This document shows, in pieces, positions 8,353 to 19,515 of a stretch of 24,000 nucleotides of DNA. A program made the translations under genes and the position numbers. Every line of letters begins with the position of its first letter. The stretch's first letter is position 1. The stretch is from Salinisphaera aquimarina. Its GTDB lineage: Bacteria; Pseudomonadota; Gammaproteobacteria; Nevskiales; Salinisphaeraceae. A model generated the notes under the pieces. It was given only the letters and a program-made list of their open reading frames with translations, searched no databases and was not told where the DNA came from. The stretch is taken from NCBI RefSeq assembly GCF_042643355.1, contig NZ_JBHRSS010000006.1, positions 189,382 to 213,381 on the forward strand, given 5' to 3'.

Positions 8353-9427
8353 GATGGAACCCGTCGGTCGCTTCGCTTCGCTTGGCATGCCGGGCGATCT
8401 CCAGATCGTGCTGCATCATCTCACTGACCAACGCCTCGAAGGAGACGGTGGGCTCCCAACCGAGCGCCGCGCGGGCTTTGCTTGCGTCGCCAAGCAGGGA
8501 CTCCACTTCGGTCGGCCGGTAGTAGACCGGGTCAACGCGTACGATCACCTGGTCGCCGCCGTCGATCCGGCCCACTTCGTCGACGCCCTCGTCGGACCAG
8601 GCCAGCCGGATATCCAAAGTCGCGGCGGCCGCTTCGATGAAGTCACGCACGCTGTGCTGTTCGCCGGTCGCAATCACGTAGTCGTCGGGCTGATCCTGCT
8701 GCAGCATCCGCCACATGGCTTCGACGTAATCACGCGCATGGCCCCAGTCGCGGCGCGCTTCCAGGTTGCCGACATGCAGGCAGGACTGCAGCCCGACGTG
8801 GATATGTGCCAACGCACGCGTAATCTTGCGCGTCACGAACGTCTCGCCCCGCCGCGGTGATTCGTGATTGAACAGGATGCCGTTGCTGGCGTGCATGCCG
8901 TATGCCTCGCGATAATTCACGACCGCCCAGAAGCCATAAAGCTTGGCGGCCGCATAGGGCGAGCGCGGATAGAACGGCGTGGCCTCAGTCTGCGGCGTTT
9001 CCTGGACCTTGCCTTAGAGTTCCGAGGTCGAGGCCTGGTAGAAGCGTGTGTGCTGTTCCATGCGCAGGATTCTGAGCGCCTCGAGCAGGCGCAATGTGCC
9101 CAGCGCATCGGCGTTGGCCGTGTATTCCGGCGTTTCGAAAGACACCTGCACATGGCTCTGAGCGGCGAGATTGTAGAGCTCATCCGGCTGCACATCCTGA
9201 ATGATACGAATCAGGTTGGTGGCATCGGTCATGTCACCGTAATGCAGGACGAACCTTGGATTGGACGCGTGCGGATCCTGATAGAGGTGATCGATCCGTG
9301 CAGTGTTGAACGACGACGCCCGGCGCTTTATGCCGTGAACGGTATAGCCCTTGGCCAACAGCAGTTCGCTGAGATAGGCGCCGTCCTGGCCGGTCACCCC
9401 GGTTATCAGTGCAATTTTGTTTGTCAT
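8345..9427 (-). pseudogene. gmd: GDP-mannose 4,6-dehydratase interrupted by one in-frame TAA (codon 138)
   Basis: Track ORFs 9014..9589 and 8345..8920 are in the same frame. Reading from ATG 9427 gives [24 protein letters not shown]...[10 protein letters not shown], then TAA (9016-9014), then [64 protein letters not shown]... The Gmd family has STSELYG at this point, so a Tyr codon (TAY) has become TAA. The full span is 361 codons, a normal Gmd length. Confidence 0.85.
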
Positions 9428-9471
9428 TATCTCTACAGTGGGTCGACGGAGCGGTGCGGCACAAGCCGCGC

Positions 9472-10407
9472 TTATATCTCCGACCAGGATGCCGGCAGGA
9501 TCGCCAGCTCGCGAGTCGCCACGCCGCCGAACCATTCCGTCGGGGCATAGACGATCTTGTCCGGATCCGGATTGAGCCAGGCGCCCCACCAGGAGAAAGA
9601 CGAGTTGGCGATGACATGCGCCTCACAGCGACTCATGAGCGCCATGTCCTCGTAATTGCGATGTGTGCCCGCCTCATCCACGAGCACGCGATCATAATCG
9701 AGTTGGAGGTTGCGATCAGCCCAGTCGAGGTCGTCCGAGAAGATGAAGAACACCGGCCGACGCGATACGCGCCGGGCAATCTCACCGGCTGCGCGCCGAT
9801 AATATTCGGGCGGACAGCAGGGAAATCTCGCTTGGCCCACGTAATCCCCCCGTCGCACATGCATCGATACGGCGACAGTGGACGGGTCGTCGATACGCTG
9901 AATCAGGCTCGGCGACGCGGGTAGCGGCAGCTGCAACCGTGCGCGCAGCGCATCGGCATGGCTGTCGAAATACCGCTCGCTCTGCCAATAGCCTTTCAGG
10001 TACAGCGGCGGTGCCGTAGTCAGCGCGCTCGGGGTGAATATCGATCCTGCATCCTCGACCCGTTTCGGCGATGTGCCGAGCTTATGCCGCAACCAGTCCT
10101 TGGCTGCGCGTTTTCTTTTCTTGAAAGACGAGCCGGCGGTCTTGGGCGGCAACGCATAATGTCGGGCATCGGCCGTTTCGCAGTGGATGCCCAGTTCATC
10201 CAGACAGAAACGCATGGGCCCGTCGCCGACCACCTGGCGCAGATCCAGACGTAGCGGTACCCGGTGTCGCGCGGCGATCGCGAATCCGGTCGCATACTGA
10301 AAAAGCTGGTTGCCCAGCCCACCACGAATCTCGACCGTAACGTAACCGATGGCAGTGCCCCTTTTGCGAATAATGCCATCGACGCCAGCCAGCATCGGAT
10401 ACGGCAA
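9472..10407 (-). CDS. Alpha-1,2-fucosyltransferase (glycosyltransferase family 11)
   Basis: GT11 motifs: [32 protein letters not shown] and [14 protein letters not shown]. An alternative start lies at the in-frame ATG 10395 (MLAGVDG...). Confidence 0.85.
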   Translation of the reverse strand: MPYPMLAGVDGIIRKRGTAIGYVTVEIRGGLGNQLFQYATGFAIAARHRVPLRLDLRQVVGDGPMRFCLDELGIHCETADARHYALPPKTAGSSFKKRKRAAKDWLRHKLGTSPKRVEDAGSIFTPSALTTAPPLYLKGYWQSERYFDSHADALRARLQLPLPASPSLIQRIDDPSTVAVSMHVRRGDYVGQARFPCCPPEYYRRAAGEIARRVSRRPVFFIFSDDLDWADRNLQLDYDRVLVDEAGTHRNYEDMALMSRCEAHVIANSSFSWWGAWLNPDPDKIVYAPTEWFGGVATRELAILPASWSEI

Positions 10408-10444
10408 CCCGTGATGTTACAAAACCGGGCGCCCCAAGTCTGCA

Positions 10445-10473
10445 CAAAAAAAGCCCCGCACGAGGCGGGGCTT
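10445..10473 (-). terminator. Rho-independent terminator of groESL
   Basis: On the reverse strand, just after the groEL stop: AGCCCCGC-ctcgt-GCGGGGCT followed by a run of 7 T. Confidence 0.8.
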
Positions 10474-10504
10474 CTTCGTTCACGCGTAATGAGCGTGGGG
10501 GCTA

Positions 10505-12166
<1,662 letters not shown>

Positions 12167-12208
12167 CTAATAATCGTATTCGATAAAGGTTGATGTGGAC
12201 GGGTGGGA

Positions 12209-12496
12209 CTAGCCCAGCACCGCCAGGATGTCGTCTTCGCGCATCACGACAACTTCGTCGCCATCGACCTTGATTTCGGTGCCCGAGAACTTGCCGAACA
12301 TGACCTTGTCGCCAACCTTGACTTCAGGCTTGCGGGTTTCGCCATTGTCCAGCGGCTTGCCGTTGCCTACGGCCACGACTTCGCCACGCTGGGGCTTCTC
12401 TGCGGCCGTGTCGGGAATAACGATACCCCCGGCCGTCTTTTGCTCTTCTTCGAGCCGTTTGATAACGACGCGGTCATGTAGAGGACGGATCTTCAT
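12209..12496 (-). CDS. groES: Co-chaperonin GroES (Hsp10)
   Basis: [47 protein letters not shown]... Start chosen at ATG 12496, preceded by GAGGAGAAGGGTGGT (Shine-Dalgarno). The track extension to 12595 is non-coding leader. Confidence 0.97.
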   Translation of the reverse strand: MKIRPLHDRVVIKRLEEEQKTAGGIVIPDTAAEKPQRGEVVAVGNGKPLDNGETRKPEVKVGDKVMFGKFSGTEIKVDGDEVVVMREDDILAVLG

Positions 12497-12603
12497 ACCA
12501 CCCTTCTCCTCGAAACTGAATTGTTGAAGAAAAAACGTCTTGCCGGATACCCGATCGGGAGGCCGGCGTGAGAACGTCTCCATAGACGATCTCAATCATC
12601 GCC

Positions 12604-12637
12604 ATTGATGCGGGCATGCCTGACCCTTTCAAGGGCG
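12604..12637 (-). promoter_or_regulatory. Sigma32 (heat-shock) type promoter for groESL
   Basis: Reverse strand reads cgCCCTTGAAAgggtcaggcatgcCCGCATCAat. CCCTTGAAA matches the sigma32 -35 consensus (CTTGAAA). About 13 nt further on, CCGCATCA matches the -10 consensus CCCCATnT at 5 of 7 specified positions. It lies about 100 nt upstream of the groES ATG. Confidence 0.6.
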
Positions 12638-12717
12638 GAGGCAATTTTTTTACGACTTTTTTGCAACCACGATCGATCCCGGCAACCGCCACCCACCCCA
12701 TATTTTGAAATGATTTC

Positions 12718-12746
12718 TTGTCAGTTTGCAGTGCAGCATTTATTGT
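12718..12746 (+). promoter_or_regulatory. Candidate sigma70 promoter for the thiolase gene
   Basis: TTGTCA (12718-12723), 17-nt spacer, TATTGT (12741-12746), in an AT-rich tract about 55 nt upstream of ATG 12801. Motif match only. Confidence 0.3.
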
Positions 12747-12800
12747 GAATGACATTCTTTCCACACACGCCGATACTGAAATCGGCGACCCGGAGGACTC

Positions 12801-14087
12801 ATGGCCGACACCACGCCACGTCGCGTTGCCATCATCGGCGGCGCCCGCATTCCTTTCTGCCGTTCCAACACCAAGTATTCACACCAGTCCAATCAGGACC
12901 TGCTGACTGCATCGCTCAAGGCCCTGTCGGAGAAATACAAGCTCGCCGGCGAGAAGATCGGCGAAGTCGCCGGCGGCGCGGTACTCAAGCATGCACGCGA
13001 TTTCAACCTCACCCGTGAAGCGGTACTGGGCACCGATCTCGATCCGCACACCCCGGCTTTCGATGTCCAGCAGGCCTGCGGCACCAGCCTCGAGGCCACC
13101 CTGCTGCTGGCCAACAAGATCGCCATGGGTCAGATCGAGTCCGGCATCGCCGGCGGCGTCGACACCACCTCTGACGCGCCGATCGCGATCAACGAGGAAC
13201 TGCGCAAGATCCTGCTCGACGTGAACCGCGCCAAGACCGGCGGGGAGCGCGCCAAGCTGTTCACCAAGTTGCGCCCGCGCCACCTCGTGCCCAGCTTCCC
13301 GGGCGTGAGCGAGCCGCGCACCGGTATGTCCATGGGCGAGCACTGCGAGTTGATGGCCAAGGAATGGAAAATCTCCCGCAAGGCTCAGGACGAACTCGCC
13401 GTCGCCAGCCACAAGAATGCGGCCCAGGCCTATGTCGACGGCTTCTACGACGATCTGGTCTTTCCCTATCTGGGCGTGGAGCGCGACAACAATCTGCGTG
13501 CCGACACCAGCATCGAGAAGATGGCCAAACTCAAGCCGGCCTTCGACAAGGGAAACGGCACCCTGACCGCCGCCAACTCCACCCCGCTCACCGACGGTGC
13601 CTCCAGCGTGCTGCTGGCCAGCGAGGAATGGGCCAAGGCGCATGATCTACCCGTAATGGCCTACTTCACACCGTTTTCGCGTACCGCGGCGGTCGATTTC
13701 GTCGACGGCGGCGAGGGCCTGCTGATGTCGCCCACCTACGCGGTGGCCGACATGCTCGACGCCGCCGGGCTGACCCTGCAGGACTTCGACTTCTACGAAA
13801 TCCATGAAGCCTTTGCCGCACAGGTGCTGTGCACGCTCAAGGCCTGGGAGTCGAAGAAGTACTGCAAGGAAAAACTGGGCCGCGACGCCCCGCTGGGCTC
13901 CATCGATACCAGCAAGCTCAATGTCAAGGGCTCATCGGTAGCACTCGGGCATCCGTTCGCCGCGACCGGTACGCGCATCGTGGCCACGCTGGCCAAGATT
14001 CTCGATGAAAACGGCGGCGGCCGCGGCCTGATCTCGATCTGCGCCGCCGGCGGTCAGGGCGTGACCGCGATTCTGGAAAAACCCTAG
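12801..14087 (+). CDS. Acetyl-CoA C-acyltransferase (thiolase family)
   Basis: 428 aa. It has the thiolase active-site Cys context VQQACGTSLEA, the C-terminal GHPFAATGTR (His) and ICAAGGQG (Cys) motifs, and GGAG upstream of the ATG. Confidence 0.9.
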   Translation: MADTTPRRVAIIGGARIPFCRSNTKYSHQSNQDLLTASLKALSEKYKLAGEKIGEVAGGAVLKHARDFNLTREAVLGTDLDPHTPAFDVQQACGTSLEATLLLANKIAMGQIESGIAGGVDTTSDAPIAINEELRKILLDVNRAKTGGERAKLFTKLRPRHLVPSFPGVSEPRTGMSMGEHCELMAKEWKISRKAQDELAVASHKNAAQAYVDGFYDDLVFPYLGVERDNNLRADTSIEKMAKLKPAFDKGNGTLTAANSTPLTDGASSVLLASEEWAKAHDLPVMAYFTPFSRTAAVDFVDGGEGLLMSPTYAVADMLDAAGLTLQDFDFYEIHEAFAAQVLCTLKAWESKKYCKEKLGRDAPLGSIDTSKLNVKGSSVALGHPFAATGTRIVATLAKILDENGGGRGLISICAAGGQGVTAILEKP

Positions 14088-14120
14088 CATCGTGCGATTC
14101 GCATGAACTGAGACGACGAG

Positions 14121-14148
14121 AAAAGCGGGCTTCGGGCCCGCTTTTTTG
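14121..14148 (+). terminator. Rho-independent terminator after the thiolase gene
   Basis: GCGGGC-ttcgg-GCCCGC followed by TTTTTT, 35 nt after the stop codon. Confidence 0.8.
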
Positions 14149-14405
14149 TGGCGACTACGAACGTCTCTTAGACGTATGCTTTCGCAACGGTTACGCTTCG
14201 ATTACACCGATTGCGATGCTGCCGCCAGTCGCTGCCGGGGACCGATTTTCAGCGATATCGGCACGATTGGTGCTATGACAATCATGGAACGCCGGTGACC
14301 ACCGCGGGTACCGGCTGATTCAGGCGCTGCAATGCAGCCTCAGCCAGGGAGAGCCCACATGCGCAAACGCCGTATCCGTCGTTTGTACATGCCGGCCGAA
14401 CAGAT

Positions 14406-15746
14406 ATGAATACAGCACGCGAACACTGGGGCAGCCGCCTGGGCTTCATCATGGCGGCCGCCGGCTCGGCCGTCGGTCTCGGCAATATCTGGAAGTTCCC
14501 GTACATGACCGGCGAAAACGGCGGCGGCGCCTTTCTGGTCATCTATCTGGCCTGCATCGTCGTGTTCGGCTTCTCGCTGGTCATGGCCGAACTGCTGATC
14601 GGCCGCGCGGCACAGCGCAACCCGGTCGCGGCGTTTCGCCACGTCGCCGGGCGCGGCTGGCCGGCGGTCGGCGCCATGGGCATCGTCACCGCCTTCATCA
14701 TCCTGTCGTTCTATGTCGTGGTCGCCGGCTGGACGATCGCCTATATGCTATTCACCCTGAACGGCTCGCTGGCCAACCCCGACGCGGCCGCGCTCGGACA
14801 GGTGTTCAGCGATCTCGTCGCCAACGCCTGGCAGCCCGTGGTCTATGCGGCCATTTTCACCGTGCTGACCGCGCTGGTGGTGATCGGCGGCGTCGGCAGC
14901 GGCATCGAGCGTGCCTCGAAAATCCTGATGCCACTTCTGTTTCTCATTCTGGTCGCGCTGGTGATCCGCGCGGTCACCCTGCCCGGCGCGGGCGAAGGGC
15001 TCGAGTTCTTCCTGATACCCGACTTCAGCAAGGTCACCGGCGCCACCTTCACCGCCGCCATCGGCCAGGCCTTCTTCTCGCTCTCGCTGGGCATGGGCGC
15101 CATGCTCACCTACGGCTCCTACCTGCCCAAGGAGCGCAATCTGCCAGCCGACGCCTTCGCGGTGGTCGTGCTCGATACGGTGATCGCCGTGCTCGCCGGC
15201 GTCATGGTGCTGCCAGCGATGTTCGCCGCCGGGATTGCGCCCGGCGAAGGCGGCGCCGGCACCACATTCAAGGTATTGCCCGCGGTATTCGATGCCATGC
15301 CGGGCGGCGTGATCTTCGGCTTCGGCTTCTTCCTGCTGCTGGCCGTGGCCGCACTCACATCGTCGGTGTCGCTGCTCGAGACCGTGGTCTGCTACTTCGT
15401 CGACGAGCGCGCGGTCAGTCGCCGTCGGGCCACCATCCTGAGTGCAACCTGCGTGTTCGCCATCTCCATACCAGCGTCGCTCTCGTCCGGCCTCTGGTCC
15501 GAGGTCACCTTCTTCGGCAAGAACTTCTTCGACCTGATGGATTTCCTGTCGAGCTCCATTCTGTTGCCGCTGGGCGGCATGCTGACCGCGCTATGCGTGG
15601 GCTGGGTCATGGGGCCGCGCGCCATCGCCGCACTCACCAACGACGGCAAACTGAGCATGCCCTGGGCCGGCGTATGGCTGTTCGGGCTGCGTTTCGTGGC
15701 ACCGCTGGGGATCGGCTGGATCCTGCTGCAGGGGCTGTTCGGCTAA
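14406..15746 (+). CDS. Sodium-dependent transporter, neurotransmitter:sodium symporter (NSS/SNF) family
   Basis: N-terminal NSS signature REHWGSRLGFIMAAAGSAVGLGNIWKFPY. The sequence is highly hydrophobic and multi-spanning throughout (446 aa). Confidence 0.9.
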   Translation: MNTAREHWGSRLGFIMAAAGSAVGLGNIWKFPYMTGENGGGAFLVIYLACIVVFGFSLVMAELLIGRAAQRNPVAAFRHVAGRGWPAVGAMGIVTAFIILSFYVVVAGWTIAYMLFTLNGSLANPDAAALGQVFSDLVANAWQPVVYAAIFTVLTALVVIGGVGSGIERASKILMPLLFLILVALVIRAVTLPGAGEGLEFFLIPDFSKVTGATFTAAIGQAFFSLSLGMGAMLTYGSYLPKERNLPADAFAVVVLDTVIAVLAGVMVLPAMFAAGIAPGEGGAGTTFKVLPAVFDAMPGGVIFGFGFFLLLAVAALTSSVSLLETVVCYFVDERAVSRRRATILSATCVFAISIPASLSSGLWSEVTFFGKNFFDLMDFLSSSILLPLGGMLTALCVGWVMGPRAIAALTNDGKLSMPWAGVWLFGLRFVAPLGIGWILLQGLFG

Positions 15747-15795
15747 CGTGATGAACGGGCCGACAGACGGCCCATAAGACAAGGGGAAGACGACT

Positions 15796-17139
15796 ATGGA
15801 AATGCTCAATAACGTGCTCAGCACGCTCAGCGGCTGGGTATGGGGCCCGGTCATGCTGATTCTGCTGCTCGGCACCGGCATCTATCTCACCATCGGCCTG
15901 GGCGGGCTGCCGCAACGCAAGCTGTTCTACGGCTTCTCGATGCTGTTCGCCGGGCGCAAGAAAAGTACCGAGCCGGGCGATATCACGCCTTTTCAGGCCC
16001 TGGCCACCGCGCTTGCCGCCACAGTGGGCACCGGCAATATCGCCGGTGTCGCGACCGCCATCCATCTGGGCGGCCCCGGGGCCATCTTCTGGATGTGGGT
16101 GACCGCTATCGTGGGCATGGCCACCAAGTACGGTGAAGCCGTGCTGGCGGTCAACTACCGCGAAACCAATGCCGAAGGCGCCTACGTGGGCGGCCCGATG
16201 TATTACATCCGCAACGGCCTCGGGGAACACTGGAAATGGCTCGCGTTCGCCTTCGCACTGTTCGCTACCGTCGCCGCTTTCGGCATCGGCAACACCGTGC
16301 AGTCCAACTCCGTGGCCCAGGTCTTCCATCAGTCCATGTCGATTCCGACCTGGATCACCGGCATCGTACTGGCCGTAGGCGTGGCCGCGGTAATACTCGG
16401 CGGCCTGCAGCGCCTGGCCAGCGTGACCGAGAAACTCGTGCCGTTCATGGCCATCGTCTATGTTGCCGGCGCGCTGCTCGTGCTCCTACTCAATGCCAGC
16501 GCGGTTCCGGGCGCCTTCGGCCTGATCTTCTCGGATGCCTTCACCGGCACCGCGGCCACCGGCGGCTTTGCCGGCGCGGGCGTGATCATGGCGATTCGTT
16601 TCGGCGTGGCACGGGGCATTTTCTCGAACGAGGCCGGCCTGGGCAGCGCGCCAATCGCGCATGCCGCGGCACGTACCGACAGCCCGGTGCGTCAGGGCGT
16701 GGTGGCGATGCTCGGCACCTTCATCGACACCATCATCGTATGCACCATGACCGCGCTGGTCATCATCGCCAGCGGCACCTGGGCTTCCGGCACCACCGGT
16801 GCCCAGCTCTCCGCCGAGGCCTTCACGGCCGGTATGCCGGGGCCCGGCGGCTGGATCGTCAGCTTTGGCCTGGTGATCTTCGCGTTCTCTACGATCCTGG
16901 CCTGGAGCTATTACGGTGAACGCGCGGCCGAGTACATCTTCGGCTCCGGCATCATCAAGCCGTACCGCGTGCTGTGGGTGATTGCAGTATTCATCGGCGC
17001 GATAGCGCAGCTGGATCTGGTATGGCTGATCGCGGATGTGATGAACGCGCTGATGGCGATCCCCAACCTGATCGCCCTGCTTGCACTCAGCCCGGTAATC
17101 TTCAAGCTCAGTCGCGAGTATTTCGCCCGCCAGAAATAG
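15796..17139 (+). CDS. Alanine/glycine:cation symporter (AGCS family, sodium:alanine symporter)
   Basis: AGCS signature FQALATALAATVGTGNIAGVATAIHLGGPGAIFWMW and SNEAGLGSAPIAHAAA. It is a polytopic membrane protein of 447 aa, with AAGGGGA upstream of the ATG. Confidence 0.9.
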   Translation: MEMLNNVLSTLSGWVWGPVMLILLLGTGIYLTIGLGGLPQRKLFYGFSMLFAGRKKSTEPGDITPFQALATALAATVGTGNIAGVATAIHLGGPGAIFWMWVTAIVGMATKYGEAVLAVNYRETNAEGAYVGGPMYYIRNGLGEHWKWLAFAFALFATVAAFGIGNTVQSNSVAQVFHQSMSIPTWITGIVLAVGVAAVILGGLQRLASVTEKLVPFMAIVYVAGALLVLLLNASAVPGAFGLIFSDAFTGTAATGGFAGAGVIMAIRFGVARGIFSNEAGLGSAPIAHAAARTDSPVRQGVVAMLGTFIDTIIVCTMTALVIIASGTWASGTTGAQLSAEAFTAGMPGPGGWIVSFGLVIFAFSTILAWSYYGERAAEYIFGSGIIKPYRVLWVIAVFIGAIAQLDLVWLIADVMNALMAIPNLIALLALSPVIFKLSREYFARQK

Positions 17140-17227
17140 GCGCATCGTCAGCACGATGCCTGCGGCTTGCATCCGTATGGGTTGGCCGCAGGTATCGTAG
17201 CTGCATTGAAGATAGCAAGGGTTAATA

Positions 17228-18229
17228 ATGACGAGTCGTAGCGCGCCGCGCCCGATCGGGGTTCTGTTCACCAATCTGGGCACGCCCGACGACACGTCGG
17301 TGCCGGCGGTTCGTCGTTATCTGGCGGAATTCCTGAGCGATCGACGGGTGGTGGATCTCAACCGCCTGCTGTGGTTGCCGATTCTCTACGGCGTCATCCT
17401 CGCGCTGCGGCCCAAGAATTCGGCTGCTAGCTATCGGTCGGTATGGATGGACGAAGGCTCTCCGCTACTGGTTTACGCCCGTCGCCAGGTCGAACGACTG
17501 CAAAAGCGCGTGGATGCCGAGATCGAGCAACCGGTGCACATCGCCCTGGCGATGCGTTACGGCAATCCGTCGATCGAGGCCGGCCTGCGTGAACTCGACG
17601 CCGCGGGCTGCAAGCAGGTACTGATTCTGCCCGCCTACCCGCAGTATTCGGCCACCACGGTGGCCACCACCTTCGACAAGATCGGCGAGGTGCTTGCCGA
17701 CTGGCCCGAGCCACCGCAGCTGCGCCAGATCAATCGCTATCACGACGAGCCCGCCTATATCACGGCGCTGGCCAATTCCGTACGCGAGCACTGGGAGACA
17801 AACGGGCGCGCGGAAAAACTGGTGATGTCGTTTCACGGTATTCCCAAGCGCTACGTGAAACAGGGTGATCCCTACCCACGCGACTGTGGCATCACCGCCC
17901 AGCTGCTGGCCGCCGAACTCGGCCTGGGCCGCAACGAATACAAGGTCTGTTTTCAGAGCCGATTTGGCCGCGAGCCCTGGCTGCAGCCCTACCTCGACCA
18001 GACCATGAAGGCCTGGGGCAAGGCCGGCATGAAGACGGTGGACGTGATGTGCCCCGGCTTTTCCTCCGACTGCCTGGAAACCCTGGAAGAGATCCGCGAG
18101 GAGAACCGTGGCTACTTCGAAGAGGCCGGCGGCGACTCGCTGCGGTATATTCCCGCTCTCAATGAACGCGACGATCATATCGACATGTTCACGCAGCTGA
18201 TCAAGCGGGAACTGTCCGGCTGGATATAG
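17228..18229 (+). CDS. hemH: Ferrochelatase
   Basis: Motifs: GVLFTNLGTPDDTSVPAVRRYLAEFLSDRRVV, LPAYPQYSATT, SFHGIP and CPGFSSDCLETLEEI are typical of HemH. Confidence 0.93.
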   Translation: MTSRSAPRPIGVLFTNLGTPDDTSVPAVRRYLAEFLSDRRVVDLNRLLWLPILYGVILALRPKNSAASYRSVWMDEGSPLLVYARRQVERLQKRVDAEIEQPVHIALAMRYGNPSIEAGLRELDAAGCKQVLILPAYPQYSATTVATTFDKIGEVLADWPEPPQLRQINRYHDEPAYITALANSVREHWETNGRAEKLVMSFHGIPKRYVKQGDPYPRDCGITAQLLAAELGLGRNEYKVCFQSRFGREPWLQPYLDQTMKAWGKAGMKTVDVMCPGFSSDCLETLEEIREENRGYFEEAGGDSLRYIPALNERDDHIDMFTQLIKRELSGWI

Positions 18230-18340
18230 GGTCGACCGTATCCAGCATCTCTTTACGGGCTATCCAAGCCAAGGCCACGCTCGTCGAGCGAATCACGTCG
18301 CGGCCGATTTCACCTGTTTTTCGATCAGAGGGTTCCGCGC

Positions 18341-19402
18341 ATGGAACTGATAGCCGACTTCGCCGTCAACTACGGCCTGTTTCTCGCCAAGGCCGCGACT
18401 GTGGTCATTGCCATCGGCCTGAGCGTGGCGTGGATCGTAAGCGCAATTGCCCAGGCGCGCGCCGCCCGCGACGGCGATACGCTCGAGATTCATCACGTCA
18501 ACGAGCGCCTGGATCGCATGGCGGATACGCTCAACGGACAGCTGCTCAACGCGGCGGAATACAAAGCACGAAGCAAGCGCAAGAAGGCCGAAGCCAAGCA
18601 GAAAGCCAAGGCCGAAAAGCTGGGCAAGCGCCACGAACCCAGACGCCTGTTCGTACTCGACTTCGACGGCGATATCCGTGCGTCCGCGGTCGAGCAGATG
18701 CGTGACGCGATCACCGCCGTACTGCAGGTGGTCGAAGCCGACGATGAGGTGCTGGTGCGGCTCGAGTCCGCCGGCGGCATGGTGCACAGCTACGGGCTGG
18801 CCGCGTCGCAGCTGGCCCGGCTGCGTGATGCCGGCGTGCGCCTGACTGTCAGCGTCGACCGTCTCGCCGCCAGCGGCGGCTACATGATGGCCTGCGTAGG
18901 CGAACGGATCGTCGCCGCACCCTTCGCGATCATCGGTTCGATCGGCGTCGTCGCCCAGATCCCGAACTTCAATCGGCTGCTCAAGGACAAGCAGATCGAC
19001 TTCGAACTGCACACCGCCGGCGACTACAAGCGCACGCTCACCATGTTCGGCGAGAACACCGACGAAGGGCGCGAAAAATTCCGTGCCGAACTCGAAGATA
19101 CCCACCATCTGTTCAAGGATTTCGTGCGCCGCTATCGCCCGAGCCTGGATATCGACAAGGTCGCCACCGGCGAACACTGGTACGGCACCCAGGCGCTCGA
19201 CCTGAAGCTGGTGGATGCGGTGGCCACCAGCGACGACCTGATGCTGACCGCGGCGCGCGACGGGCGCGACGTGTTCACCGTAGGCATTCAACACAAGAGC
19301 GGGCTGATTTCACGGCTGACCGAGCAGGGCCGGCTGGCGATCAGCCGCAATCTCGCCGAAAGCGGGCTGGCGCGCGTCGTGCACCGCCCGACCCAGCCGT
19401 GA
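18341..19402 (+). CDS. sohB: Protease SohB (peptidase S49 family)
   Basis: The N-terminal membrane segment DFAVNYGLFLAKAATVV is typical of SohB. A Lys-rich linker follows, then an S49 domain with LAASGGYMMACV (nucleophile Ser context). Length 353 aa. Confidence 0.87.
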   Translation: MELIADFAVNYGLFLAKAATVVIAIGLSVAWIVSAIAQARAARDGDTLEIHHVNERLDRMADTLNGQLLNAAEYKARSKRKKAEAKQKAKAEKLGKRHEPRRLFVLDFDGDIRASAVEQMRDAITAVLQVVEADDEVLVRLESAGGMVHSYGLAASQLARLRDAGVRLTVSVDRLAASGGYMMACVGERIVAAPFAIIGSIGVVAQIPNFNRLLKDKQIDFELHTAGDYKRTLTMFGENTDEGREKFRAELEDTHHLFKDFVRRYRPSLDIDKVATGEHWYGTQALDLKLVDAVATSDDLMLTAARDGRDVFTVGIQHKSGLISRLTEQGRLAISRNLAESGLARVVHRPTQP

Positions 19403-19515
19403 GTTTTCCTTCTCGTATGTGACATCGGAACGCCCGATCCGCCTACCCGGCGCCTCGCCGCAATCGGCCGAGACCGAGAGCATCGTCTGCGGGCATGGAT
19501 TGCTGGCCATACCAA

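Noticed and set aside
12690-12705. CCCCATAT on the + strand as a sigma32 -10 box for the thiolase gene
   Set aside because: No CTTGAAA-like -35 lies at the right spacing on the + strand. The convincing sigma32 match is on the reverse strand for groES.
14149-14405. Possible glycine or amino-acid riboswitch upstream of the two amino-acid transporter genes
   Set aside because: A GGGAGAG box is present, but the conserved glycine-riboswitch cores (ACCGAAGGGGCAA-type) are absent, and I see no tandem aptamer architecture.
15747-15795. Hairpin GGGCCG-acaga-CGGCCC between the two transporter genes as a terminator
   Set aside because: No T-run follows the stem, and a Shine-Dalgarno plus ATG follow within 30 nt. 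It is more likely an intercistronic structure within one operon.
15634-19294. Long reverse-strand ORFs (15634..16329, 16486..17295, 17465..18178, 18293..19294)
   Set aside because: Each is antisense to a strongly supported + strand gene (AGCS transporter, hemH, sohB) and lacks any family signature. These are GC-rich shadow frames.
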